Source of the DNA: Neocallimastix sp. 'constans'
Taxonomy: Eukaryota
Direction of reading: 5' to 3'
Length of the DNA stretch: 64,000 nucleotides
Assembly: GCA_050613775.1 (NCBI GenBank)
Contig: JBODTK010000001.1
Span: forward strand, 992,001-1,056,000
The notes beneath the pieces were generated by a model that worked only from the letters and a program-made list of their open reading frames with translations, had not been told where the DNA came from and did no database searches. Positions 26,524 through 53,233 of this stretch are shown here, in pieces. The translations under genes and the position numbers were made by a program. Position 1 is the first letter of the stretch; each line of letters begins with the position of its first letter.

Positions 26524-26943
26524 AGAATATATAAATATAGTAAAAATTATTTTAAAAAATTTTATAAAAAAAAAAAAAATAGTGTACATAATTTGTAATT
26601 AATGTATACAAATAAATTTATGTATTATATTTTGCTTAATGATTGGTTAAACAAAATTTTCAAACAATAGAAACCAAAAAAAAAAACAAAAATTTAAATT
26701 CTCTCTCTCAAATTTTATTTGTAGTGTCAGTTGGTATGCGTTAAGAACTATTTTATTAATTTATTTTATTTATTTAAATAAAAGTTATAATTATTTCAAA
26801 TAAATTTTATTAAAAAGAATTTTAAGAAAGAATGAATGATATAATAAAATGAATCAATTATTAATGTAAACCATTTTTTTTTAATTACTACATTTTCATG
26901 ATGGATTAATAAACAAATTGTATAATAATATAGAAATAACAAA

Positions 26944-27297
26944 ATGTCTTACCAACAAGATAAGAAGGGTGTTGAAGATGTCAAGATTCACAGAATCAGA
27001 ATCACTTTAACTTCCAGAAATGTTAAGTCTCTTGAAAAGGTTTGCTCTGACCTTATTACCCGTGCCAAGGAATCTCAACTTAAGGTTAAGGGTCCAGTCC
27101 GTCTCCCAACCAAGGTTCTTCGTATTACCACCAGAAAGACTCCATGTGGTGAAGGTTCTAAGACCTGGGATCGTTACGAAATGAGAATTCACAAGAGACT
27201 CATCGATCTTCACTCCCCAAGTGAAATCGTTAAGAAGATCACTTCCATCTCCATTGAACCAGGAGTTGAAGTCGAAGTTACCATTGCTAACAACTAA
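26944..27297 (+). CDS. RPS20: 40S ribosomal protein S20 (uS10); probable 5'-UTR intron 26734-26933
   Basis: [54 protein letters not shown]. Confidence 0.98.
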   Translation: MSYQQDKKGVEDVKIHRIRITLTSRNVKSLEKVCSDLITRAKESQLKVKGPVRLPTKVLRITTRKTPCGEGSKTWDRYEMRIHKRLIDLHSPSEIVKKITSISIEPGVEVEVTIANN

Positions 27298-27636
27298 GTT
27301 GAATAAGGACTTTGATAAAATAGCAAATAATAAAAATACAAATAAAATAGACACAAAAATATAAAAAAAAAAAGAAGTTATGAGAAATTGTATTAAGTTT
27401 AAGTGTTTATTTAAATTTTTATTCATTTTATTTATTTTTTTTTTTTATTGTTTCTTTTTAGTGGGTTAAATTAGTGTGAATATTTATGAATGTTGTGATA
27501 TAAAATGTTTTATATAGGGTACAATAAATTTCATTTATTTTTATTTTATTTATTAGAAGTATGTATTTAAAAAATTACATTTAAAAAAAAAAAATGTAAA
27601 TTGATATATTATAAAAAGTTTTATTAAATTTTTTAT

Positions 27637-28049
27637 TTATTGGTAATATGAATCTGAGGCATGATACCAAATTGTTACATATCTATTTAATGGATCTATG
27701 GCTAAGTACATAAAATTTTGTGGATGTTCCATCGGGAAGAGTGGGGATATTGAAGAATCTAAATCGTTGATTTTATATACCATCGAGAGGACATTTAATT
27801 TTTTCGTCTTATTATCCCTTGTAACTCTGTAGTTGAAAGAAAATAAAAATAATAAATAATAAATAATAAATAATAATATATAATATATAATTAAATAATA
27901 GTAGATTATAGAATAAATAAGGAATATATTAATAATATACATTTATTAGGGAATAATTTTTTAAAAATTTTTTTTTTTTAAATTTTTAATTTTTAGTTAA
28001 TTCAAAAAAAAAAAAATGTAAATTTTAGTTATGATTTTTTTTTTTTTAT

Positions 28050-28080
<31 letters not shown>

Positions 28081-28423
28081 GTTCTATTATAATCTATTAA
28101 ATAATATAAATATAATTTTAAATATCTATTTTAAAAGGAAAAAAAAGTTTTAATTTTTTTTTTTTTACCTGACAAAATCTTTATATAAAAGTTTACTTAT
28201 TTCAAAATATTTTTGAATGTCATCTTCATATTGACAAATGTAACCGCCTAAACAAATAGATTTGAAAATATGGAATAGAAATTCTTTACGGTCTTCTTCT
28301 GTGAAAATATCATAGGTTTCAAATTCTGGCATTAATATACATTTACGGAGTTCATCCGACACTAAAAAGTGATCCGTATATTCGTCAAAACATTTAATGA
28401 TAGATCCGTCAGAACGAATAACA

Positions 28424-28462
<39 letters not shown>

Positions 28463-28585
28463 CAAAAAAAATAATAATAATAACAATAATAATAATAATA
28501 AATAAATAAACAAATAAATAAATAATAATATAAAAATAAATAAAAATATAAATATAAATAAAAATATAAATATAAATAAAATAAA

Positions 28586-28616
<31 letters not shown>

Positions 28617-29405
28617 TAAAATAAAAAAAATAAAACAAAATAAATTTATATATATTAAATTATTAATATTATACATTATTTAAATCAATATAATAAAATA
28701 AAATTAAATTAAATTAAATTAAATAGCGTTTTAATAACTGTTTGTTTATATTTAATTATTTATTTATTTTTACAATTACCATTTTGTTCTAATTTATCAA
28801 AGAAATCCAAAGAAGTTACTGTTCTATTTAACTCTTCAAATTGAATATTTTTAACTTCACCAAGATGTCCCCATTGATCCATAGAACTATATACCTTAAG
28901 TACTGAACGAACAACAGGATTATTAAAGAAATTTTGAAGAAAATCTTCTATTTGATAAGATTGAAAATATTCATCGTAAGAAAAACGTTCAACATAAGTA
29001 TGACCTGCTAAACCCCTTTCATTAATTCATATATATTTTGTTTATTTAATATTAATATTTTTTATCTTTAGTTTTATTTTTATTTTTATTAGCCTTTGTT
29101 TAAAATAATTTTAATTTAAAAATAAATTGTAAAAAAAAAAAAAAAAAAAAATTATCTACATTTCATATTAAAAAAGAAAAAAAAATATATATAACTTTTT
29201 AAATTTTTATCATCAATTTTTATTATTGTTATTATTTTTACCATTTTTCAAAATATTCTTTAGTTTCTTTATTATTAAAACCTGGGAATTTTGCGTTAGG
29301 AAGATAAGTAAAATTGAATTTTATTTTTTCTCCTTTATTCTTTAATGATTTTTCAATTTCAATCTTATTAGTTTCTTCTGTTGTTGGTTCTATTTCAGTA
29401 ATCAT
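27637..29405 (-). CDS. CFAP300: Cilia/flagella-associated protein 300 (C11orf70/DUF4498); exons 29405-29242, 29015-28780, 28424-28169, 27826-27637
   Basis: Spliced frame gives KWGLAG, SDELRKCIL, EFLFHIFKSICLGGYICQYED and HPQNFMYLAIDPLNRYVTIWYH. Confidence 0.85.
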
Positions 29406-29415
29406 TTTTTATTTT

Positions 29416-29449
<34 letters not shown>

Positions 29450-31081
29450 TTTTTTGTTTTCTTTGTTTAATTAATATTTCTTTAAAAAATATACTTTATA
29501 TAAAAAGTAGCCCTATTAATTGTTTTTATAAACTATTTAAATAATATATCTATTAAAAAAAAAAAAAAAAAAAGTTTTTAGCTAACTAAAAAAAAATATA
29601 TTAAAATAAATAAAATAATAATAATAATTATTATTATAATAAAAATAAAAATAAATTAAAGTTTAATTAAAAAATATTTTTAAAGTTTTGTTTTACAGTG
29701 ATTATAGTTTTTTTATTATTATTTTTTTTTAATTATTTTTTTTTTATTTAAAATATTTATTTATTTATTTATTTATTTATCTATTTATTTATTCATAAAG
29801 TAAATTAATAAATTAAAAATTATCATATATGTAAATTTTAGATATTAATTGATATATTTTACTTCATATTAAAAAAAGGTTTTCTTTTACTTACTTATTA
29901 TATAACCATTTTTTTTAAGTCAAAGAAATATTCCTTTAATAATTATATATAAATATAAAAATTACATGTCTATATTTTTAAAATTCTTTTTCATTTTTTT
30001 TTTTTTACATCAGTTTTAATTTTGATTTCCTCTAAATTTTTTTTTCTATGTACATAAATTAAAATTAAAATACTTTATTATTTCTTCATAATTTATATCA
30101 CATGCTATTATTCTTATCTTCTATTATATGTAATATTTAAAATTATTAACTTATAAATAATAATATTTAAATATATTTTATAATAATAAAAAAAAAAATA
30201 CAAATAATTAATAATGATACATAAAAGAATTTTATTAGTATTATAATTAATAATTAATAATCAAGTATTGAGCTAGATTTGGTTTTCTTCCATCAATAAT
30301 AAGTTTATTTCCTATTGAATTAATTAGGTTATTCTATTTTAAATTTTTTCTTTATCACCTATAATTTTATGAACATATTATTTTTTTCTTAAATAGAAAT
30401 TGATTTTCATTACTAATATTCATACATAACCATTTAGTTAAAAAAATATTAAAAATATTGTTTATAAGACATCTATTTTTATTTTTATTTTTATCTATTT
30501 ATTTATTTATTTATTTACATTATTAGTTATTTAAATAATTTTAGTAATTCTAGTAGTATTATAGTATATATTAAAATCTTTCATATATAAATAATGAAGA
30601 TTATGAATAACTTTACTAGCAATAATTTTAAATAAATCTGTTTTATAATTTTTTTTTAAAAAAAAATATTATTTACTTATATTTAGTACATTTAAAATAT
30701 ATCATTTATATATATATATATAATAGATTATTTAAAAATAACACAAATGAAAAGTTAATATGACATTACTAGTAATATTTTTATAAATAAAATAATTATA
30801 AATAATAATATTTATATTTATTTAATTTCAATTTGCTATATATGGTCAATTGATCAAAACTACTTTTATTTTAATTAAAGAAAAAAAAATTGACTTTTCT
30901 ATTAAGTATAGACAGTATTTAATAATAATTGGTTGTTGATTTTCACAAAGGAAAAAAGTTTAAATATATAATTTATTTTTCCACTTTCTTGAATAAATTA
31001 AAATTTTAATAAATTAATTAAACATAAAAAAAATAAAAAATAAAAAATAAAAATGAAAAAAAAATAAAAAAATAAAAAAAT

Positions 31082-31113
<32 letters not shown>

Positions 31114-31584
31114 AATAAAATGAAAAAAAAAATAAAAAATAAAAAAAATAAAATGAAAAAAAAAATAAAATGAAAAAAAAATAAAATATAAAATATAATA
31201 AAAAATTAAAAATGAAATGAAATGGATAATTTAGTCAAAAAAAAAAAAAAAAAAAAAAAAAAAGAGTATTAATATATATAAATCAATTATAATATATTTA
31301 TTGCTAAATAATTTTTATCTGTTTTATAATTTAACAATTTATTTATCTATTTATTTATTTATTTATTTATATATGATTACTTATATATTTTATTATTTAT
31401 TATTAATACTCTTTATTATTTATTTATTATTAATAAATACTCTTTACTATTTATTATTTAATTCTTATTTTTTATTATTTATTTTTATTATTTATTATTT
31501 ATTATTTATTATTTATTATTTATTATTTATTATTTATTATTTATTATTTATTATTTATTATTTATTATTTATTATTTATTATTT

Positions 31585-31716
<132 letters not shown>

Positions 31717-33660
31717 TAAAATAAAATTTATTTCAACTCTAATTTCTAATTTATATTATTACTTAATAATCAACTAATAAAATTTTTTTGATCATATTAT
31801 AGGAATATAAAACCAATATTTAAAAAATAGGGAAAAAATTCTAATTGTTGAATGGTCGGTTTAAATCAAAACATAAACAATTTATTCAATACAATATACA
31901 TGAAAAGGTTAAAATTCTTATCTATAAAATATATATAAAAAAAATCTTTTATTGATAACAATAAATTAAAATTTATTAATAATGAAAAAAAAAAAAAAAA
32001 AAAAAGATAATGATAAATACTTTAAAAAAAATATTGATAATAAAAATTTATAAAAATATTATATGATAAAAAAAAACTGTAATAAAAATTGATAATAATA
32101 ATTAACTATAATAAATCCTTTTATTTAAAATAAAAACATATTTTTTTATTCTTCTATATTAAAATAATTATTATTTTAAATTTATAAAATATTATGTATG
32201 ATTTATATATAAATATTCATAAATAGAAAAATAGAAAAAAAAAAAAAAAAAAAAAAAGAAAGAAAGAAAGAAAGAAATTATATTATTATAATTATTTCTT
32301 GGTTTACGTTTACCATAATAAAAGATTTTAATAAAAAAAAAAAAAAAAACTTCGTGTTAAATAAAAAAATTAAACATAAAAAAGTTTTTGATCATCTAAA
32401 AATTAATGCATAATCTATTGACATAAAATATATATTGTAATATATTGTAATAAATGTTTTTAGGATAGAATAGAGTTTAATTTTTTTGGTGGTATAAAAA
32501 ATTTTTTTTTTTAATCTGTTAATTTCTACCTAATAAATTCAATTACATATGAATTTATAATACTATATATTAATATATTTATTAATAAATAATAATAATA
32601 AATATAAAAAAATAAAATATAAATTATTATATATTCATTATAATAGAATTATTAATTATTATTAATTATTATATTAATTATATAATATCATATATTCATA
32701 ATTTATAATTATTGCTTATATTATTTAAAAGGTAATATATATTTAAAAACAGCCTTTTGTTAAAGTTATTAAGATAATTCTTCTAATTGTAGATTTCTTT
32801 TTTTTTTTATATATATAGTATTAATAATAATACTCTTGGGCTATTATTCTATAAAGAAATTAAGAAATAAACTAAATAAATAAAGGAAATTTTTGAATAT
32901 AGGCTATCTCTTAATAATAAATAACAATTATTTAATATCATAGTTGTTTTAATCTTTAATAATAACAATAATATTATTATAAGAAAAAGTATTGTTTTAT
33001 TAATCTATCTAATCTTATTTATTAAAACTTTTTTTTTCTTTCTTTTTTATTTTTCTTTTTTAATAATTAATTTAAAATTCATATAAATAAGATTATTTAA
33101 TCATTTTCATTAATAAATTTAATAATATATTTTAAATTATATATTTAATAGCAACATATATTATAAAATAATATAAAATTCAGATTATTCAATGTGTAAT
33201 ACATAAATTAATTATTATTATATAATATATAAGCAAATTTATAATTTATTAAAATCAAATTCATAAACTGTAAGCAATTTATGATTCAACTATAAATAAT
33301 TATTAAATTTCTTAAAATTTAAAATCATTTCAAATTATTAATAGCACATATTAAATTAAAAATATATCCTTCAATATTTATCAAAATTAATGTTATTAAA
33401 ATTTGAATAATACTAAAATTTTTAAAAAATAAATTAAAAAAAATAAGAATAAAAATAAAAAAAAATAAAAATTATATCATTTTTATTATATATATATATA
33501 TATATATATATTCCACGCATTTTCAGTTTCTATTAAAAAAATAATATATATATATATATAATTTTTAACATATTTAAAAACCTTTGTTTATTTTATCTTA
33601 AAAATATATTAATTTTAAATTATTTAATAAAAATAATTTTATAATATACAATAAATAACA

Positions 33661-35189
33661 ATGGAACTTACAACCGAAATATGGTTAAATAGTAAAATTT
33701 CACCAAATCTTTCCAATGTTCATCCTATAAAACGATCTTTATTCCCAATAAGTATTTCTTCAAATTCTGTAGCAGGAAAAAGTCATTTCTATAATGACAA
33801 TGAAGTTGTTGTAAATGAAGATATATGTGGTACTTTTGAATTTAATTCTAGAACTGAATATATAAATAAATCAACCGAATTTCCAACAGATTATGACGAT
33901 ATTGTAACAGGAATATTTTTAGCTGATGGTCATGGTGAAAATAGAATTGTTCCAAAGGATAGCGTAAATATGATATTTGTTTTATTATTATTATTATTAT
34001 TATATAAAATGAAAAAAAAAAAAAAAAATAATAATAAACTAGTACATTCACAAACATACAAAAAAAAAAAAAAAAAAGGAAAAAGGAAAAATATAAGTAA
34101 AAAGAAATTTCAAATAAAAAAATAATATAATAGAAAATTTCAAATATATTAATATAAATAAAAATAGTTTATAATAATAAATAAAAAAAAATAAAAAATA
34201 AAAAATAAAGTAATACTAAAAGTGTATAAATATTAGATATAACTACATTTATATCTAGAATAAAATATGAACTGTATGGTTTTATATTATATATATCTAT
34301 GTATTTATCAAATTAATAACTATATATATGTTTAGATAGATAAATTTTTATTATTTGTTTGTTTGTTTTTTTAAATTTTATAATGATAGTAAAAGTTTAT
34401 TTGAATATTCAATCCTACTTTTATTTATATATATATATATTTATTTATTTATTTATATTAATTTATTATTAAATAATTATTATATTAAAAAATATACATA
34501 TAATAGTCAAAATGGATAGGTAGTGGAGGTGAACGTTTTGTTGCTATTGTTCAAAAAAATATCACTACTGTCCTAAAATCAATATTTCAAATGGCAAATT
34601 ATGGAGTTAAACGTGATTTAGAAATGGAAAAAAGATATAAATATTTTTATCCAACCACAAAGGAAGAACAGGAAAAAAAACTTGAAAATTCATTTTTAAA
34701 GCATTTAAGAGAAGGAATGAGAAATTTCCATAGAATGATGGACCAAACTTTAAGTGATGAAGATCCTTCTCTTTGTAACGATAATGGTTCTACTATTTGT
34801 ATTTGTCTTATTTGGAGAAATTATTTATTTTGTTTAAATATAGGTGATTCAAATATGATGATATTTGATCCTTTGACCGGCAAAGCTTTAAAAGTATGGA
34901 AAAGACCCCAGAAAGATGATATGTATAATGTATGTTCATATGATGATACATTAGCCTCATACCCCGATTATCTTCATGAAGGTCAAACTCTATATTCTGT
35001 AAAGCAGGATTATAATTTCATTAGTGAATACTGTAAACAATTTGCTACATTGAAAGGAAGATGTAATTTTTTCTTTATTTTTCTATTTAATAGAAAAAAA
35101 AATAACAAAAATAAAAAAATATAAAAATATAAGAAAATATATATAATAAATATTCTATTTAATAAAATTGAATAATAATAATAATAAAC

Positions 35190-35222
<33 letters not shown>

Positions 35223-35261
35223 TTTAAATCATCATCAATATTATTTAAATTAATATACTCA

Positions 35262-35305
<44 letters not shown>

Positions 35306-36201
35306 CATAATTATTATAAATATAAATAGATTTCTATTCACTAACAAGCCCATCATCAATATATGGTTTATCATTAACAAATACACTTGGAAATAGAAAT
35401 CATGCTGGAAGAACTTTAGGCAGAACCTCAGTATATGAATTTAATATTCAATCTCTACTAGAAAAAACAGAAGGAAACCGTTTTTCTATAATGTGTGTTA
35501 CGGATGGTATAAAAGATGTATTAGATTCCACTGAAATAGGAAGTTTTCTTTCTGATTTTCAAAATGGTATAGATCAAAAATATGAAAAAATTAAGGAAGA
35601 AGTAGAAAATGAAAGAAGAAGAAGAGAAATTTATCGTAAATATGAAATGGAATTTGATACCGGAGTAAGAAGTAAATCAACTAATAATTTATCTTCAGTA
35701 TTAGTTGTAGAAAATACATTGAAAGAAATGACAATTGATGATCCAATAGTTAATAATATGGATTTACAAGAAGTCAAGAATAAATTAAAGAAAATAATAC
35801 AAGGTTATAATAAGGAAAAGCCATTAGATATCTATGATACTAACTCCTTAAATATCATTTTAAAAACATTTAAAGAAAATAATATTAATTCATTCAAGAA
35901 CTCTGATTATTATACCAGTATTTCTAATACTGAATCAAATTCAAATCCTAATGAGGAATCGATATCCCAGGAAGAACAACAATTACAACAATCACAATCT
36001 ACAAATTCACCAAGTAAAAGTTATTATCATGAATTTTTGGTATGTTTAACCAATTTTGCTTCTCTTTGTCAAACTTTAGATGATTGTACTGCAATTAATA
36101 TGGAAATTACTGGTATAAATCCTTCTTTGCTTAGAAATGATGAAGAGACTACAAATACAATTAATAGTACTAATACTAATGAAGATAAAATGGAACTATA
36201 G
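33661..36201 (+). CDS. PP2C/PPM-type phosphatase-like protein; exons 33661-33963, 34507-35062, 35330-36201
   Basis: LADGHG, GSTICICLI, LNIGDS, LSLTNTLGN, CVTDGIKD and DDCTAI motifs in the expected order; exon phases consistent. Confidence 0.8.
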
Positions 36202-36871
36202 ATTTTTTTTTTTTTTTTTATTTTTTAATAATTATATTTATATAAAATAAATAAATAAATAAGTAAATAAATAAATAAAAATAGATGTTTTATAAACAAA
36301 ATTTTTAGTAATCTTTCTTTTTTATATAATAATAATAATAATAATATATATATATATATGAAAAAAAAAAAAAAAAAAAAAAATTAACAATACCTTATAA
36401 ATGCAAATAATAAAAAAATAAAATAAATAAAATAAAATAAATAATAAATAATAAAATTAAAAAAAAAAAAATAAAGAAATAAATAAATTAAAATAAAATA
36501 AATTTTATAATAAAATTTTTATAACTTATTTTTTTTACAATTTACTACTTTATATATGTAATAAAGAAAAAAATACAATAAATAACTAAATTTTATATTT
36601 ATATTATAATTTATTTTAATTTTCTTATTATTACAAAGCTTTTTTTTTTATTTTTAAAAAAAAAAAATTTTTAAAAATTAAAAGATATTAATCAATGGTT
36701 GAATTTTTAAACTTTTTTTTTTATATATCAACTGTAATCATATATATTTATTTATTATTATTAAATCTCTTATATTATTTTTTGTCCAATAAAATTTCTA
36801 TATAATTAGAATAACAATGATTTATTTTTTTTTTTTTATTATTTTTTTTTTTTACTGATTTATTTATCTAT

Positions 36872-40593
<3,722 letters not shown>

Positions 40594-43428
40594 TTATAAT
40601 GATAAATTAAACTTATTTCAAAAAAAAAATAATAATAATAATAATATTAATAATAATATTAAAAAAAAAATTTATAATTATATTTTAACTGTTATTATTA
40701 ATTTTTATATTTTTAAAATTAGTATACACATATATATATCTTAAAAATAAGAATTAATAATATTACATAAAATACAAAAAAAAATAAAATAAAATGATGA
40801 TATTAATAATAATTAAAATATATAGCCGTAATTACTATATTTTTTAAATAATATTAAAAAAAAAATTTTTTTTTTAATTATTTTTTTTTTTAATAATTTA
40901 GTAAATAATAAATATTTTAACTGAGTTTAAAAATTAATATTTCTAATTACCAAAAAAATACATATATAATATATATATTATATATATATAAATGTATATT
41001 TTATTATTAATAACATAAAATTAAAAATTTAAAAAATAAAATGTACATATTAATATAAATTAATATTTTATTTCATTTTATTTTTTTAATTTTTTTTTTG
41101 TTTTCTTGTGAAACAATAAAATTAAATTAAATTTTAATGTTAATAATATTAATATAATATTTTAAATATTTATAAAATATAATTAAAAACAAAAATAAAA
41201 TCAAAATATCATAGATGATTATTGATTAGACATTTTTAATTACAATTATTTATACATCTTTATTTTTTTTTATTTGTTTACTTTATTTAAATCAAATGTT
41301 AGTATTACCTACAACTTAATTTTAACTAAAATTAATTTTTAATTATTATATTTTTTAATTAATTATAATTACTTTATTTAACTAGTTAAAAAAAAAAAAT
41401 TATCTATATAAATTTAAAGGTAAAAGAAAAAATATATTGGTAAATCTTCATAATTTATATAATAATGAATAAAATATAAATTTAAAATTCAAAGGATATA
41501 TATATTTATTTATATTCTAATATTAACTTTATATATAAAATTTTAAATTTATATTATAAAACCAACGAATATATGAGATATACTTCAATAATTGACAAAG
41601 ATACATATTAAAAAAAAAATGAATAAAATATATGTTATTATCGTTCTATCATTATTATTATTTTAAACTTAATATATTGAAAATTGAACTTCCAAAATAA
41701 TATATATATATAATTTTAATAAATATGGTGAATTTTTTTTTCTATTCTTTGTTTTTTATTACTTGTTTTTATGTACCAATTATAAATATCTTTAATACTT
41801 CATAAAATAGTGATATAAAACTTTTATTTACAAGTTAAGTATAATAAATTTTTTCTAATATTTAAATATAAATATTCAAAAGGTTAACTATAGCTTCTAA
41901 ATCTAATCTTTAAAATTTTATTGAAAAATTTAAAATATATAAAAAAAACAAAAAAATTTATAAATTGAAATTATTGAAATATTCTAGTTTAATTATTAAA
42001 AATTTAAATTGTTTTTATTTTTCTTTTTTCTTTTATTTATTTGTTCTTTTATTTTTTTTTTTTTTACTTATTTTATTTACTTGATTATTTCTATTTTTAT
42101 TAATTGTTATTAAATAAATAATCTGAATCTTTTGTACATTTATAAGAAACATAATTAATATAATCATATATAAATTTAAAGCCATACAATTTTTCATATA
42201 TATAAAATAATATATATTTTTATATTTTCATTATCATTCTGGAAATCTAATAATAAAATTAGTGTTCAAATAAAAATATATTATTATTTTTCTTTTTTTT
42301 TCTTAATATTTATTAAAAATTTTAATTAGTAAATTTATTCATACAAAAAAAAAAAATATATATATATATATAAATATATATTTTATAAATAAAATTCTAT
42401 ATACTCTTATTGAATAATTATTATTATTTATTTATTATTTAGATTAATAATTAAAAAACAAAAAAATAATTCAAATATGATTTAGAAACCTTTTATAAAA
42501 CAATAATATTTATATAAATATATTTACATTTATGTATATATATAATATTTTTTTATTAAATTTTAAATATTATATATATTTAATTTTTTAGAATTAATAA
42601 TAATATTATATAAATAAAATTAAATCAATTAATTTTTATATAATAATTAAGATTATTATGGATTAGATTAACTTTATCAAAAAGTTTAATTAAACTCATT
42701 ATTTCCTCGGGAATTTAAATTAAAAAAAAAAAAAAAAAAAAAAAAGTAATAATAATAATAATTTTATAAAAGAACGTAGCATATAATGAAATAATTTCAG
42801 TTTGTTAGAATTTTTAACATATTTAATAAAAAAAATTTATAATTACTATTAATTTTTTGTTTTTCTATTATATTAAACAGTTTTAATCTTAAAAAGATAA
42901 AATAAAAACAATATAAAGTGTTAAATTTTTTTTTTTTTTTTTTAAAATTTATAAATTTTTTATCTTATTTTTTTTTTTTTTTTATTTTATTTTTGTATAC
43001 TTTTATTATTACTAAAATTATTTCATATATTAGATTAATTAAGTTTTAATATTAAATAAAAAACAAAGATTTTTAAATATATATGTATGCTGAAATATCG
43101 TGATGATTAAAAAAAAAAATTTATTAAGTTTGAAAAAAAATTTTGCTTTTCATAAATTCATATTATTATTACTATTGTGATTATTTCATATCTATGATAT
43201 TACTTATATTAATTAAGTTTTACTTTTAAAAAGAAAAAATCTTTAAAAGAAATTATATATAAATATATATTTATGAATATTTATAAATTATAAATTGAAA
43301 TACTGTTGAGGGAAAAATTTAGTAATAAATAATCAAATTTGAAAAGAAAAAAATTTTTTTTCTTTCATATAAAGTTTGAAAAAAAATTTTGTTTTTTATA
43401 AAAATTCTTCTTCTTCTTCTTCTTCTTC

Positions 43429-43468
<40 letters not shown>

Positions 43469-44344
43469 CATAATTATTTTTATGTTTATTACATTGATTA
43501 AATTTTAATTTAAAAAGGAATTTTTTATTAAAAAAAATATATATATATTTATATGTTAATGGCAAATTGAAATATTGTAATAAAAAAAAAAAAAAAAAAC
43601 AAGAAAAAGATTTACAAAGTTTGAAAAAAAAAAAAAAAAAAAAAAAAACACTGTTTTTCCTAAATTTTTATTATTAATAATTATTTTTATTTATTATATT
43701 GATTATATTAATTAAATATTAATTTAAAAAGAGAAATTTTAAAAGAAAATTTAAAATATTCAAGTTAAAATATTTTAAAAGTAAAAAAAATAAATGAACT
43801 AAAAAAATGAAAATAATTTTTTTTTTTTTTTTATTTTAAATTTTTATTATTATTGTAATTTTTATTTATATAATATCTATTATTATAATTAGATTTTAAT
43901 CTTTTAAAGAAAAATTTTAAAAAAAATTATATATATGTATATATATAATATATGTTGAAATATTATAAAAAGAAAAAAAAAAAATAAAGTAAAAAAAAAA
44001 GAAGAAAAAAAAAATTAATAATGTTTTGAAAAAAACCTTTTTTTTATGAACTTATATTTTTATTAGTATAATTATTTCATGTTTATTAAATAAAGTTTTA
44101 ATTTTTTTTTAAAAAAAAAGAAATTTTAAAATACATTTGAAACATTCATTTATAAGTTGAAATAATATAAAGGAAAAAAAATAAAATAGAAAAAAAAGAT
44201 AAAATTTTTATAAAGTTTATTCATTTACTTTTATATTATAATTATTAGTATAATTATTTCATATCTATTATATTAAAATAAAATTTAATTTTAAAAGAAA
44301 ATTTTATAGAAATTGAATACATATATATTTTATTTTAAATATTA

Positions 44345-44520
44345 TTAAAAATAAAATAAAATAAAATAAAATAAAATAAAATAAAATAAAATAAAATAAA
44401 ATAAAATAAAATTAAATAAAATAAAATAAAATAAAATAAAATAAAATAAAATAAAATAAAATAAAATAAAATAAAATAAAATAAAATAAAATAAAATAAA
44501 ATAAAATAAAATAAAAATAA
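44345..44520. repeat. (AAAAT)n microsatellite
   Basis: Direct reading. Confidence 0.9.
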
Positions 44521-45612
44521 AGTAAAAATAAAAAAAAAAGATAAAAATCTATAATTAAAAAAAAAAAAAATTTTTTTGGTTTTTGTAAACTCTTATTATT
44601 TATTATTACTATAACTATTTTAATATGATTATGTTTATTTAAATTTTAATATTAAATATATTATAGGAAAAATAAAATTTAAAAAAAGAAAAAAAAAGAT
44701 TAATAAATCTTTACAACTACTACTATTACTATTACAATTACAACTGCTATAACAACATCTATTACTACTATTATTATTATTACTTATTTCATATTTATTA
44801 TAATTAAAACTTTATCAAGTTTTAATTTCAACAAAGAAATTTTAAAATACGTTATGATATTTTTATTTTATTTTATTTTATTTTATTTTTTTTATTATAA
44901 TTTTTTAAAACTTATATATTATTCAATAATCATACTTTTCCATTATAATTAATATTATTAATTTTAATATTTAATTATAAATGTAAATTTTAAATATTAC
45001 TGATTAATTTATTAAATAAAATTTTGATTCTATTGAATATTAAAAAAAAAAAAAAAAAAAAATTTCCTATATTGAACAAAAATTATTTAATAAGATTCTT
45101 AAAAAAATTAAAAAAAAAAAGAAAAAATTAATAATTAAAATTCATTTTTAATATAATTTATCAAAGACCCGGGCATTCATAAAGAAAAAATTTAAATTAT
45201 TAAAATATTAATATTATAAGAAAAAAATATATATATAATAAAGTAGTTTTAATTATATATATATATTTATTAAAAAGATATTATAAACTTTTTGTATAAA
45301 AAATAAATAAATACAAAAAAAAACAAAAGACAAAAAAGATAAAAAAGAAAATATAATATATATTATATATATTATTACATTTGAAAATAGTCAATTAAAA
45401 TAACTAATATTTTAATATGATTATTTTATAATATATAAATCTTAATGATAATATATTATATATTTATATTGTACATAAATATATGGTGATATATATTAGT
45501 ATTTGATATACGTATATATATATAATTTTTTTTATTTTTTATTTTTTATTTTTATTTTTTTTTTTTTAAATTATTAATTTTTTATTTTTATTTTTATTTT
45601 TTTTAAATTATT

Positions 45613-45643
<31 letters not shown>

Positions 45644-45698
45644 TTATTTTTTTAGTTTATTACTTTAAATTTAATAAATATAATTTAAAAGTTAGAAA

Positions 45699-52608
<6,910 letters not shown>

Positions 52609-53068
52609 AAATAATATTATCATAATATATATAATATATATATATATATTTTTATTTTTACATTTTATTATAATTTAGTTTTTTTTTTTTTTTTTTTTAG
52701 TAAATGTTATATATGCATATAAAAATATAAAAATAATACCAGTCATAATTACTATTATGATTTAAAAGATTTTTAATTAAATATATATATATATTTTTTT
52801 TATTAGATATTACAATAATTTTGTAAAATGACAATTATACATTTCATATTTCATATGAAGATATTACTTTTAGATGATACTAAATTATAAAATATCAATA
52901 AATTTTTAAAAGATATTAAAAAAAATATTTATTACTGTCGTTACGCGTAATAATAAATTGAGTGTTAAAATAAAAAAAAAACCCAGTTTACCACCAAAAT
53001 AATTCATTTATAAACCATTTTAATTTTATATAAATAATTAAATATTTTTAAATTAAATATAATTATAA

Positions 53069-53233
53069 AGGGTCTACTGGCGCGAACGCCTGTACACCCC
53101 ACTATCAAAAATTATGCGACCGAGACATTCATATGAATGTTCGCAATCAGGCCACTTAACGATGTGCAATGTTAAATTTCCCAATCGTGTCATTTGCCTT
53201 CTTGATCACAAATGACCCTCGCCAGGTAAGTAT
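53069..53233 (-). ncRNA. U1: U1 spliceosomal snRNA
   Basis: Minus strand starts ATACTTACCTGG; SL-I loop GATCAAGAAG; SL-II ATTGCAC; Sm site ATAATTTTTG; terminal stem with TTCG loop. Confidence 0.97.

Noticed and set aside
43060..44700. Loosely repeated AT-rich intergenic blocks
   Set aside because: Too degenerate and low-complexity to define a unit by eye.
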